DNA of 64,000 bases from an uncultured archaeon (lineage in GTDB: Archaea; Asgardarchaeota; Lokiarchaeia; Sigyniarchaeales; SOKP01): contig CAZWEM010000006.1 in NCBI GenBank assembly GCA_964632315.1, positions 64,593 through 128,592 on the forward strand, given 5' to 3'. The translations under genes and the position numbers were made by a program. Each line of letters starts with the position of its first letter. Position 1 is the stretch's first letter. The notes beneath the pieces are model-generated. The model saw only the letters and a list, made by a program, of their open reading frames with translations. It was not told the DNA's origin and did no database searches. Positions 18,659 through 28,885 of the stretch are shown one piece after another.

Positions 18659-20386
18659 TCAATTTTGTGAGTGCTTCACTTTCTTGCCAAGAATGAATGT
18701 AACAATAGATATAACTGCAAGAAGAATGATTGCACTGTAGCCTGGAATCAGTGGCTCATTTTGCCCGTATGCACATTCCCCATTATCGTTAAATTTATTT
18801 CCGTGGCAATTCTCTTCATGGATGCATTCTGCATTTCCCAGTAAGGTATTTCCTTGAATGGTATTATAATCGCTTTCTAATAATTGTATCCCGTAGAATA
18901 GATTGTTATTTGCGGTGTTTTCTGAAATAATATTGCGATCACTACTTTCTGAATAGATTCCAGCTTTACCGTTATTATTGGCAATGTTTCCCAAGATGAT
19001 GTTTAAATCACTATAATAAACATTTATTCCATACTCAGAGTTGTCATTTGCAATGTTACCCACAATGGTATTGGCATAAACTATATCTAAAAATATTCCA
19101 TACTTATTGTAACTTGCGATGTTTCCCCTAACTACAATATCATAGCACCAGACTATAAATATCCCCCATCCATTACTATTGCTTACGATGTTTCCCGAAA
19201 TGGTGTCATTATGGCAATGCCATAACGTTATCCCATATTGATTATCATTTACGATATTTCCCAATATGATATTGCCAACACAAAGAGCATTTCCCAAAAT
19301 GTCGTTATCTTCATAAGAGGTAAAGAATATTCCCCATACGTTATTATTACTTACGGTGTTTCCCGAAATGGTGTTATTATCACAAGCTATTAAATTTATC
19401 CCATAATAGGTGTTATTATATACCATATTTCCCGAAATGGTGTTATTAAGGCAATCTAGTAACTTTATCCCATAATTGTGATTATAATTAACGACATTTC
19501 CCGAAATGATGTTGCCAACACAAGAATTTAATTCTAACCCACAATTATTATTGTTTGCGATGTTTCCCGAAATTGTACAATTATTACAATAATACAATGA
19601 AATTGCTGTATCACAAAATGAAATGTCCAAATTATTCAGTAATGAATCGTTACAGTTAACCAATATTACTTGTCCCGCATTTAAAAAGCTATCTGGGTTA
19701 AGATTAACCTCATTTTTATAATAATATAGCGGTTTTCCATTCACTAAGTTTGATGCGCTTATCTCATAAGACTTCAAATGGTCGAGTGTACCACTAATGG
19801 ATAAACTACATTCATTCATGACATTCTCTGAAAGGCTAATATCATAACAATCAGATAATCTTATGCCATAATAATTGTTTTTGTTTACATTATTTCCCGA
19901 AATGGTAATGTTATAACAATTACTTAAATATATACCATAGAAATTGCCAGATGTGCAATTGTTCATGATTAATTTTCCTCTTGTAATATTTTTTAATCGA
20001 ATAGTCGCATCTGGATGTTCACTGCTATTATAAAGCGTGCAATTCTCAATTTCGAAATATTCTTCAGAATTCTCAATCAAAATGCAACTTCCTATCCCAC
20101 CACCATTTATTATCAAATCCTTAATGATATACGGCTCAGAAAACGTGCCATTCCCTGTACAAATTCCCGCAGCCTTCGCAACCGTCCAATTATCATTAAC
20201 ATGAATTCTTCCCGACACACCCGAGATGCTAAATTGAGGTTCATACACGGTAAAATCTTCGCAATAGCCCGAATAAGTGTTGGTCTTGTTCTTGTTGTCA
20301 CTATCACCACACGCTAAAAAGAATGAAAACAAAAACAGAAGACCTATAAAACAAAGAATTATCCTTGGATTGATAATGGATTTCAT
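18659..20386 (-). CDS. Secreted right-handed beta-helix (NosD-like) protein with Loki-CTERM-like tail
   Basis: Signal peptide; many N.ISGN...NN..GI repeats; C-terminal IPGY-TM-basic tail. Confidence 0.88.
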   Translation of the reverse strand: MKSIINPRIILCFIGLLFLFSFFLACGDSDNKNKTNTYSGYCEDFTVYEPQFSISGVSGRIHVNDNWTVAKAAGICTGNGTFSEPYIIKDLIINGGGIGSCILIENSEEYFEIENCTLYNSSEHPDATIRLKNITRGKLIMNNCTSGNFYGIYLSNCYNITISGNNVNKNNYYGIRLSDCYDISLSENVMNECSLSISGTLDHLKSYEISASNLVNGKPLYYYKNEVNLNPDSFLNAGQVILVNCNDSLLNNLDISFCDTAISLYYCNNCTISGNIANNNNCGLELNSCVGNIISGNVVNYNHNYGIKLLDCLNNTISGNMVYNNTYYGINLIACDNNTISGNTVSNNNVWGIFFTSYEDNDILGNALCVGNIILGNIVNDNQYGITLWHCHNDTISGNIVSNSNGWGIFIVWCYDIVVRGNIASYNKYGIFLDIVYANTIVGNIANDNSEYGINVYYSDLNIILGNIANNNGKAGIYSESSDRNIISENTANNNLFYGIQLLESDYNTIQGNTLLGNAECIHEENCHGNKFNDNGECAYGQNEPLIPGYSAIILLAVISIVTFILGKKVKHSQN

Positions 20387-20669
20387 TTCAACATGCCCTT
20401 AAAACTTCTTCAGCAATGATTACTAGAATCGTAACTTTCCTTAAAATAGTTTTGTCTTAACTAGTTCTGTTTCAATCTTAGGACGGAATTTTTCAATGTT
20501 CACATCATATCCTACATCTTATCCACATTGATTAAAAAAACTTCTCCTATCGCTTAAAATGTAAGAATAAGACGGAATAGTTCAAGAGGACTAATTTGTA
20601 TAAATATATTTAAATTCAAATAGGGTTACAAATATATATTGAAATTCAAACCGTACAATCGTGTAAAAT

Positions 20670-20930
20670 ATGGTTAGAAGACTATCTCCTTTTGCAATTT
20701 ATTTCATCGTAGTAGTTGCCTTGGTATATGTTGTTTGGTTCGTGTTTTGTCAACCAGTCATTCAATACATCTTGGAAAATGCCATTTCAACGTTCGGAGG
20801 CGCTCATCCTAGCCCTCTTAATGGATGGCTTGGTGTGTTTTTCCTCCCGCTTTTAATTGCTCTCGCTATAATAGGATTGACCGGCCTTATCATGTATGCG
20901 TGGAAAAAATTGAAGAAAAATCCTTCCTAA
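20670..20930 (+). CDS. Small two-TM membrane protein
   Basis: Two hydrophobic helices and a basic tail. Confidence 0.6.
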   Translation: MVRRLSPFAIYFIVVVALVYVVWFVFCQPVIQYILENAISTFGGAHPSPLNGWLGVFFLPLLIALAIIGLTGLIMYAWKKLKKNPS

Positions 20931-21042
20931 AAAAAAAATTTTCTTTTATTTATGAAAGAGACGGATACCTTAATCTATACCTGGCTAAATTTTAATGCAA
21001 TCCAGTGGAGCTGAAGGGAAATCTTTAGCTATAGAAGCGCGA

Positions 21043-21318
21043 TCAAATTTCAAGGCATCCTGTGGGACTATTCTCACAGTCTATTGACAAATTTTTCCTT
21101 TCGAATTTGAAATCTTCTAATGTTTCTAATTGTTCAATTTTGAAGATTGCATCTTTTGCAATCCAAATGAGTTCCTTATTATTGGTGATCCCAATGAAAT
21201 TTTCTTTACCCGATAAAAATTCGTCCAACTTTACTTCGGAAATGTCTCCATAAGCGAAAGTTCGCAAACCCTTGAGATCATATTCTATCCGAATAATAAT
21301 GCTATCTTTATCATTCAT
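21043..21318 (-). CDS. Hypothetical protein
   Basis: 91-aa ORF preceded by a GGAGG-like RBS. Confidence 0.6.
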   Translation of the reverse strand: MNDKDSIIIRIEYDLKGLRTFAYGDISEVKLDEFLSGKENFIGITNNKELIWIAKDAIFKIEQLETLEDFKFERKNLSIDCENSPTGCLEI

Positions 21319-21377
21319 GCTATATTCTCTCCTCCGAAGTATTTAAAGAACAATCGACTTTCATCTCGTATGGACGT

Positions 21378-21656
21378 TCATAATTTCTGGGCATAATTCA
21401 AGTGATCCATGAACTCCTTGTACTCATTCACTTGTCTAAATCTCTCCGTGAATCTTAGATGGGATTGAAAGAAATAGGGTTCAAAAACTCCCTTAGAGAT
21501 GAGTTTCATTACATTTCCTTCAATTTCCTCAAGTCTATACTTGTATTTAAGAGTGCTTTGCAGTCCCTCAATGCAAGGTTCAGGAGTACAGTTCGGATCT
21601 TCTTGAAATTTATAGACTACTTTAATGATATCTTGTTGGATTTTTGTAAAAGTCAT
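21378..21656 (-). CDS. Hypothetical protein, possible winged-helix
   Basis: TKIQQDII...LISKGVFE...LRFTE pattern; co-oriented with 21043-21318. Confidence 0.55.
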   Translation of the reverse strand: MTFTKIQQDIIKVVYKFQEDPNCTPEPCIEGLQSTLKYKYRLEEIEGNVMKLISKGVFEPYFFQSHLRFTERFRQVNEYKEFMDHLNYAQKL

Positions 21657-21904
21657 TCTATCACACTTACAAAAGCAATCCTATTTAAAGATGAGCCCTT
21701 TGAACTCGGATTAGACTTTGATCAAATTGTAAATTTTCTAATCTATAAACATAAAGCAATTATAATTTTCCAAGAAATAACCATTCCTACAGAATATGTT
21801 TCAGTGAATTATGCCTGAATAACCTAAATATAAGTAACTCTTTTTTTGGCTGTCAAATAGTAAACATTTTTATAGAGAAAAATGTAAACTAGAAGTGAAC
21901 AAAA

Positions 21905-22711
21905 ATGCAAGGGCAAAATAATACCGACGTTAGTCAGCAAGAGTATTCCGTCCCCATTAATGAAGCTTTAAAAGAAATAATCCCTTTTGACCAAAAAGTA
22001 GTTTTAAGTACCCAAATTGGCGTTAATTATAAAATAGATAAACCTAAGGGTGTAGGAGCAAAAAAAGGAGCGTTAACTTGGTTGCTTACAGGAAACGTAG
22101 CGGGTGCAATAGTCACGTCAAAAATGGCTTCTAGTTTTCAAGGTATTTATTCTACTGATGCTTTAGTCACGAAAAAAGGTCTAGCTTTAAACTTACCTTC
22201 TTTTTATTGGGTAAATAACGGGAAAAAAATGAAGCGTAAACCACCCAATCCGAAATATATCTCTTGGAGGAATATCCATTTTCCATCAACTGATGACCTG
22301 CAAGGATCGTTTGAAATAGATCCAATTTATAAATGTTATCTCATCCATAATAAAAACCATGGATCTCGCGAACATTTTAATGTCCATAAAGAACAGTTTT
22401 TTAAATGCGTCCAAAAGTTTAGAGAGGCATGTGTAATACAATACATGAAAAACACTCAATCTGCTGCGGATTTAGATAATACACGGATAGAAGATGTGGA
22501 TTTGCTTGTACTTGATTTCCTGAAAGGACATCCAGGAAAAGCATTCACCCATGAAAGTCTCATGAAACGTCTAAGAACTGAAATAAGTATTCAAGAATGG
22601 TTGGGTTATTTACAAATATATCTTAGACAAATTTTAAATAAATTCTTACTCACTGGAGAAATAGAGTTCAATGAACATGAAGGGAATCTATTTTATTTTG
22701 CTTCAAATTAA
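21905..22711 (+). CDS. Hypothetical protein with possible C-terminal winged helix
   Basis: 268-aa ORF; LDFLKGHPGKAFT...L...GEI...YF. Confidence 0.6.
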   Translation: MQGQNNTDVSQQEYSVPINEALKEIIPFDQKVVLSTQIGVNYKIDKPKGVGAKKGALTWLLTGNVAGAIVTSKMASSFQGIYSTDALVTKKGLALNLPSFYWVNNGKKMKRKPPNPKYISWRNIHFPSTDDLQGSFEIDPIYKCYLIHNKNHGSREHFNVHKEQFFKCVQKFREACVIQYMKNTQSAADLDNTRIEDVDLLVLDFLKGHPGKAFTHESLMKRLRTEISIQEWLGYLQIYLRQILNKFLLTGEIEFNEHEGNLFYFASN

Positions 22712-22751
22712 TTACTTTTTATTTACTAAATTTTATAATTTTTGATTATAG

Positions 22752-22783
22752 CTTTCGGTAAGCCGAAAGGAGGTGCTAACCTC
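22752..22783. other. Two abutting perfect hairpins
   Basis: CTTTCGG-TAAG-CCGAAAG followed directly by GAGGT-GCTA-ACCTC. Confidence 0.6.
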
Positions 22784-23263
22784 ACTCATTTTTCACGTAT
22801 AATGTTAAGGATTCCTCAGACCGAATGATATCGGGAAGGCTTGTCTCTTTGAATAGAAATTGCGTATTAAATTCAGGATGACCTTTAAATGGAGCCTAAT
22901 TAAATCAATTTCTGATTCCTCCAAAAAAGTCGTTAAAGTTGCTGTTTTATTATATTCTGGCATAATGTTAATTTTTGCGATATATTTTTCATAGAGATCG
23001 GGTAGCTAACTTGTCTGTTTAGCGATATCAAGTAAAGATTTAAATTCAGTATTTCTAACATCTTGCAATAAATTTGAGATGCAATATTTAATCTCTAACG
23101 AATATTCTTTTGCCAGTTCTTATGGAAAAAAGCATGATCCGGCGGACATCGCAAGAATTTTAAACCGCAAAGCCCAAAAATTAAGAAAACCAAAAATTAT
23201 ATAGGTATCTGGGAGCATTGATCTCCTTATATTGATTATAAAAAAGTAAAATTTAAATAAGAA

Positions 23264-23791
23264 ATGACAGAATATTTCAATGATATTCAGAATGCTCAAA
23301 ATATAACTGAGATAAAAGAAATACTGTATTATATTCAAAAAAAGTATCGAACCCCTCTCACTAAAATCCATGGTTTATTAAATTCATATCAAGGAAGACA
23401 TCGTCAAGTGGGACAACGGTTTAAATCATTGAAAGATGAGATACTAAAGGAACTGCGAGCAATTTTCTGGAAAAAAACACAAAAAATCTACTATTTTAAC
23501 CATCATTTCTCCAAGTTTGAACCTTATTTTCATAAAAGTAATAAGTCAATAAAACTCATCCAAGATGATTTTCAAATTTTTCTTTTTGTAGTTCCTCATA
23601 TAAATCGCATTTTAATGTGGTTTGGATTGCGAGTTAGTCAACAAGATAAAAATAATGCTAGAAAGGATGCCTTACGGATCATAAAATTAACTGGAGGTAT
23701 ATCAGAATTAATGGAATCAAGCAAGGTTCTTGGAGATAAAGAATTTAACAAAATATTAGATTTAGAAGAAAGAAAGAATATTTACTATTAG
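23264..23791 (+). CDS. Hypothetical protein, possibly 5'-truncated
   Basis: 175-aa ORF; upstream DNA has short coding-like fragments. Confidence 0.45.
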   Translation: MTEYFNDIQNAQNITEIKEILYYIQKKYRTPLTKIHGLLNSYQGRHRQVGQRFKSLKDEILKELRAIFWKKTQKIYYFNHHFSKFEPYFHKSNKSIKLIQDDFQIFLFVVPHINRILMWFGLRVSQQDKNNARKDALRIIKLTGGISELMESSKVLGDKEFNKILDLEERKNIYY

Positions 23792-24006
23792 TTATACACT
23801 TTCATAAACTTCCCTCCTTCACTAACATTCTAGTAATAATTTCTAAATAGTAATCCTAAATTTATTAATTAACGCGGAATGTGTTGAGTAAGAATGACAA
23901 AATTTATGATTTACAAAATTTAATATATAATTATTGTTATTAGTTTATAAAATCAAACTACAGTATTTCATAATAAATTTTTTAAACGAATTGAGGTAAA
24001 AGAATT

Positions 24007-24627
24007 ATGCCAAGTCGACGAGGAGATGGCACTCTCGTATTTAAGATATGTTTTTACGGTCCTTCTCTTGGGGGAAAAACAACAGCTCTGGAATGGGTAT
24101 ATCATCGGGAAGGTTTAGCAAGTGGTGATATGCAACAGATTCAAGATCCTACTGGACGCACTCTTTTTTTTGATAGAGTGGTTGCAAGAGTTTCAAATGT
24201 AGTTTTTCAGGTATATACCGTGGCAGGTCAACGCAGGCATAAATTCCAGCGTCAGACTGTATTAAAAGGCACCGATGCTGTGATTTTCACGTGGGACTCC
24301 CTAATCGATCAGTGGCAGGAGAATATTTGGTCTCTAAAAGAACTGCTCAAGTTTTATGGCGACAAATTGATCCCCGTAAAAGCTTTCGAACCTCCGGAGG
24401 TCCCATTGGTAGTGTTAGCTAACAAGAGGGATTTAGAGGATATCGTAGAAATCTCGAAGATTAGACAAGTCTTAGACACGGCAAAGTTGAATCACACGCT
24501 TATTTATGAAACTATCGCCATTACTGGTGTTAATGTCAAGCGGGCATTTGTCTATGCCGCACGTCAATCGGTCTTGAACCACTATAAGAAATTAAGTGGC
24601 AAGGCGATGGAAGAGAGCTCATTTTAA
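24007..24627 (+). CDS. MglA-like small GTPase (Ras/Arf superfamily)
   Basis: GPSLGGKTT (G1), RTLFFD (G2), YTVAGQ (MglA-type G3), NKRD (G4). Confidence 0.9.
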   Translation: MPSRRGDGTLVFKICFYGPSLGGKTTALEWVYHREGLASGDMQQIQDPTGRTLFFDRVVARVSNVVFQVYTVAGQRRHKFQRQTVLKGTDAVIFTWDSLIDQWQENIWSLKELLKFYGDKLIPVKAFEPPEVPLVVLANKRDLEDIVEISKIRQVLDTAKLNHTLIYETIAITGVNVKRAFVYAARQSVLNHYKKLSGKAMEESSF

Positions 24628-24735
24628 AAGCAACCTACCTTTTTCATTCTTATTCTCATTACTCTTATCTTTAAGGTTTATCAATTTTGAGTATTATCTT
24701 TAAGAATTGAAAGATCTTTTCTGAATCTAAATTGT

Positions 24736-25113
24736 TTATCCGCCAGTCGGTTGGGTTGTACTTTGTTCAATTACTAACAATGAAGTACGAGTTGGAGCCC
24801 TAGTTCGATGCTTTACACCTTTAGGCACAGTAAAACCTTGATGTTGTCTCAACTCAACTGTTTTTTCTTCTAAATCAATTAAAAGTAAACCTTCAATAAC
24901 GAAAAAGAACTCATCTTCCTTTTCATGCTCGTGCCAATGAAATTCTCCCTCAATGACCGCAAGTCTAACTATACTATCATTAACAAGACACAGAGATAGA
25001 TTTTGCCATTTTTTATCAGACGTAGCAATGATTTGAGGGATGTTAATAAGCTCAAGAGGTTTAAATTTTACCTCAGGATCAATAGCATATTTATCATAAT
25101 CATGCATTTTCAT
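24736..25113 (-). CDS. Cupin-domain protein
   Basis: GEFHWHEHEKEDEFFFVIEG...VPKGVKHRT. Confidence 0.9.
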   Translation of the reverse strand: MKMHDYDKYAIDPEVKFKPLELINIPQIIATSDKKWQNLSLCLVNDSIVRLAVIEGEFHWHEHEKEDEFFFVIEGLLLIDLEEKTVELRQHQGFTVPKGVKHRTRAPTRTSLLVIEQSTTQPTGG

Positions 25114-25249
25114 GCCCTTTTTTTAATTTTTTTCTCACAAGCTATTGCTTTAATACATAGTGGTAAGCAAAATTTAAAAAGAAACAGATAAAAATATTCA
25201 CTATACCCATCAAGAAATTTCTTTAAATTTAAAAAAAGTGAAAAAAAGC

Positions 25250-26011
25250 ATGACAAAGGAAGTTCTAAGTTACGAGGTCAAAGATCAAATCGCATATATT
25301 ACAATAGACAATCCAGAAAATAATTGATTGGATCCCCCTTTATGCAGAGTTTTAGGAGAAGCATGGGAGCGCTTTGCGAAAGATATGGAAAGCAGAGTTG
25401 CAATTCTCAGTGCAAAAGGCCCCGATTTCAGTCGCGGCGCAGATATTTTTGTCGAGGGCTTGTTAAAAGATCTTCTTAAAGCGTTTCCTCCAAATGGTAC
25501 AAAAATCCTGAAACCAATCATCGGAGCAGTCCATGGAAATGTAATTGGAAGTGGATATGGGCTTGGAGTTTTAAGCACGGATATTACCTATGCGACAGAA
25601 GATACGCAGTTTATTTTTGGTGAGGTTTATGTTGGAATAGTTGGTACTGTTGTAGAATATAAACCATACATGCCTTTCAAGGCGTCCATGGAATTTTACA
25701 TGTCAGGGAAACCGATGAATGCTAAACGAGCCAATGAATTAGGTTTAATCAATCATGTAACAAAAAATAAAGAAGAACTCAAGATAGAAGCTACTAAAAT
25801 AGATCAAATATCACGGGATAAAGCACCATTCTCGCTAAGAGCAATTAAATATGGTCATTACAAAGTCATGGAGAGTGAAGGACGAAAGACCATGCGTTTA
25901 GCACAAGAGGAATTTAATACTTTTATTCAACCTCAATTGGTTAGCGAAGACTTCAAAGAAGGAAAGGCAGCGCTTAAGGAGAATAGGAAGCCCATATTCA
26001 AAGGTCATTAA
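25250..26011 (+). pseudogene. Enoyl-CoA hydratase/isomerase with in-frame TGA at codon 26
   Basis: ATG at 25250 reads MTKEVLSYEVKDQIAYITIDNPENN*, in frame with ORF 25328-26011 (FSRGAD, KPIIGAVHG..IG.G, EG..A..E.RKP.FKG). Confidence 0.75.
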
Positions 26012-26637
26012 TAATTCGAAATTATATATCTTTTTTATCTCTTTTTAAAAACTCAATTTAAACGTTTTGAATTAATTATTTGATTTATTTACCGAATGGA
26101 TTAAATGACAAATATCTTTTATTCTAAATTCAAAACTGAATGTTTCACATGTTATTCTTACACATCGATTGAATAAAAATAATATGCATTTATAGAAATC
26201 GATTGCATAATGAAATCACGTATTTCATTTACTAATCTTTCTGATTTGTTTAGTCAAGTAATACACTTACAATTTATTCAGTCATATGCTTCCATTCTCC
26301 AGAAAACTGAAATATTTTTCACTGAGGTGGAAAAAGAGAAGATCTGATAATTCGGATTTTCTTCTCGAAATATGTAAATATCTTCATTAAGCCTTCTGCG
26401 TGTTGTAAATAATATTTTAAATTCCTCTGGATAATCCCTTTTATTCATATTTATTATGAACCCATAATGATTTTCAATATTTTCTATCGCTTATTTGAAA
26501 AAAAAGTTTTATTCTAAAAGATTCAAGCTTTTTGATGAATCATTTTGATTCATTTTAAGCTTTTATTTGATTTATTTACCTAATAGATCTTCTCAAAATA
26601 ACTAACCTTCTTGATATTATAATCATAAAGCATGGAT

Positions 26638-27204
26638 TTATAAGTCATCAGTATTAGCTTTATTTCGACGTATAAACTCGGGAGGGATATAATCAGCTAA
26701 AAACATATCTCCAGATTGATAAAATTTTATTCCACTTTCTTGCGCTTTTATTACGTCAATTTCTAAAATTGTAGGGATTGGAGTTCGACGTTTGCCAACT
26801 ATAACGGCATCCCTCACTTTGTCGGAAAGATGAACATATTGTCGATTTTGTTTAGTTATACCCTCTTGAAGTATTTTCTTGCATGCTTTTTTAGTTGTCC
26901 CATGATATAAAATGGAGGGTACTGCTGAGGTTTCTTTAAAGTCAATTTTCTTTTCTATACTATGACCATAAAATGCTCTTATTTTATCCTCTACAATTTC
27001 AAATCGAGTTTTCTTAGAATTTTGAATCATAAATTCAATAGTTTCTTTTAAGATCTTTTCATCTTTAAATCGATTAGAAAGCAGGTTTAATACGGTTGTT
27101 AAATCTGCATATCCGTTTTTATCAAGTTTTAAGTTAAACTTATCAGGATGATGTCGTAAGATATATGATAAAAATTTTGATATTCTAATATACAAATCTT
27201 TCAT
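26638..27204 (-). CDS. kptA: RNA 2'-phosphotransferase (Tpt1/KptA)
   Basis: SKFLSYILRH, KTRFE, IRAFYGHS, LYHGT, RQYVHLS. Confidence 0.95.
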   Translation of the reverse strand: MKDLYIRISKFLSYILRHHPDKFNLKLDKNGYADLTTVLNLLSNRFKDEKILKETIEFMIQNSKKTRFEIVEDKIRAFYGHSIEKKIDFKETSAVPSILYHGTTKKACKKILQEGITKQNRQYVHLSDKVRDAVIVGKRRTPIPTILEIDVIKAQESGIKFYQSGDMFLADYIPPEFIRRNKANTDDL

Positions 27205-27353
27205 GATATTTCATTGCGGTTAATCTTAAATTATTGATCCTCCAGAAAGTTGCGAAACAAACTTCGCTCATTATAAATACACCTTATCTTTTTAATTCTA
27301 TTTCTTGTTTCAAGTATCAATTAATTTAAAAAAAAAATGAATTAATAGATTAA

Positions 27354-28574
27354 TTATCTATCTCTATGAGATAATGTACTAGGAATCCTTTTTTCAGGTT
27401 CGCTTTTGGTTTCGGATGATTCACTACCGCTGTGTATTACTATAGGTCTCCAAGTTTTTTCTTTAGAACTACTTTCAGGCATTTGAATATTTTCTGCAGA
27501 TGATGTCGAACTACTTATTGGTTGATATTTCACTCGTCCAGGCTTTTTTCGAGCAGCTTTCATGACTGCAATGCTAACCGCTACCAATGAAAGAGAACCG
27601 ATTGCAAGATAGTTCCAAGGAATATCAGTAAATATGTTAAATTTAGGGGTACTTGGTATATGCCAGCTTAATCGTGGATCATAGGATCCATTTATTACAC
27701 TCCCAAAATTCACGTAAATTTGACCAGTATTAATAGGGACAGCAGAGCTTGGCGTAGTCGTGTTTACTATTGTTTCAAGATCGTTTATTATCGCAGTATC
27801 ATACCATAGATATCCTGCTTTAAAGTTTCCACTCGAAGTGGTCGCCGATAAATCCAAGTTTGAAAAAATGATATCTTGATTTGAAGTTAACGAAAGATTT
27901 AACGCAAGTTGAGTTCCTCCAGTTATCGGTGTATAATTTGTAATTGTTATAGAAGATTTCAGTTCATTTGGACTTAAAGATCCGACTTGACGACTGAGGA
28001 GAACGTGTTCTTGAGTTGTATAAAAGTCAACTTTAAATATTCCATCAATTGTAGAATAGCTTGAATAATACGCGGGTTTTCCGTCAACTCCATATCCAAA
28101 TCCTAAGCGTAACATGTTGTTTAAGCTTGTTTTTCCGACCACGGTATCAGTAGTAGGATCAAAAAAACCATTATCATTTCCATCAACAAACTCTATTAAC
28201 GAATCATACTTAATTTTAAAATCAAGGAGGGGTATTGCTGTAGAAACGTCATCATAAAGACCTAATTCAACATTTACATTCGAACTAAATCCACCATGAG
28301 AGAGTCCCAAATTATGACCGACTTCATGGCCACCAGTGCCAGTTTCGTAAGTCCGAAAAAAGAGAGTGTTATCTAAAATTTCGAAATATAAGGAGTTATC
28401 AGCACTTCCCTCTTCAAGATCAGGGATCGAATCTCCATCACTGTCTTGCGTTTTCATGATATCTATATATATAATCATGCCAAGTGAAATTGCAGAAGTA
28501 ATACTAAATATAATTAATAGAGTTGTTCCAATATTCACATGAGGTTTATCCCTCACAAATTTTTCTTTTGACAT
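27354..28574 (-). CDS. Two-TM surface/membrane protein with mosaic motifs
   Basis: N-terminal anchor, DSDGDSIPD and DGNDNG Ca-binding-like loops, HEVGHNLGLSH, C-terminal TM plus basic tail. Confidence 0.7.
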   Translation of the reverse strand: MSKEKFVRDKPHVNIGTTLLIIFSITSAISLGMIIYIDIMKTQDSDGDSIPDLEEGSADNSLYFEILDNTLFFRTYETGTGGHEVGHNLGLSHGGFSSNVNVELGLYDDVSTAIPLLDFKIKYDSLIEFVDGNDNGFFDPTTDTVVGKTSLNNMLRLGFGYGVDGKPAYYSSYSTIDGIFKVDFYTTQEHVLLSRQVGSLSPNELKSSITITNYTPITGGTQLALNLSLTSNQDIIFSNLDLSATTSSGNFKAGYLWYDTAIINDLETIVNTTTPSSAVPINTGQIYVNFGSVINGSYDPRLSWHIPSTPKFNIFTDIPWNYLAIGSLSLVAVSIAVMKAARKKPGRVKYQPISSSTSSAENIQMPESSSKEKTWRPIVIHSGSESSETKSEPEKRIPSTLSHRDR

Positions 28575-28885
28575 TTTAAATCGCTTTTTATATTATTCGT
28601 TCAAGTAAGATGAGTCATAAAATTCAATAGAAAAAGCTGAGGATTATTAAAAATTTGAAAGGAAAGTGAAAGCCTTATTGATTTTTTGACTTTTCTGAAA
28701 AAGATTTTTATTATATAATTTTTGCTTCTTATCTCGTGTAAAATCCAGCTATCATTTATTCTATAAGGTTCAATGGATATTGATTTATTATACTTTGGTC
28801 AAACAACACTAATAACTTTTAATTTGAAACCCGAATCCTTTTTAGAAGATTCAAACATGTATGATAAGCTCAATTATTAATATAA

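Noticed and set aside
19180-19900. Recurring TTTCCCGAAAT motif as a CRISPR array
   Set aside because: In-frame coding repeats of the beta-helix (ISGN); degenerate, with no cas genes
26278-26448. 56-codon minus-strand ORF (MNKRDYPEEF...) with Cys-containing fragments beyond its stop
   Set aside because: Probably a decayed gene; no family could be supported
26638-27204. kptA as a dedicated partner of the gyrB intron
   Set aside because: About 10 kb away and widespread in archaea; archaeal RtcB ligation leaves no 2'-phosphate, so proximity is not evidence
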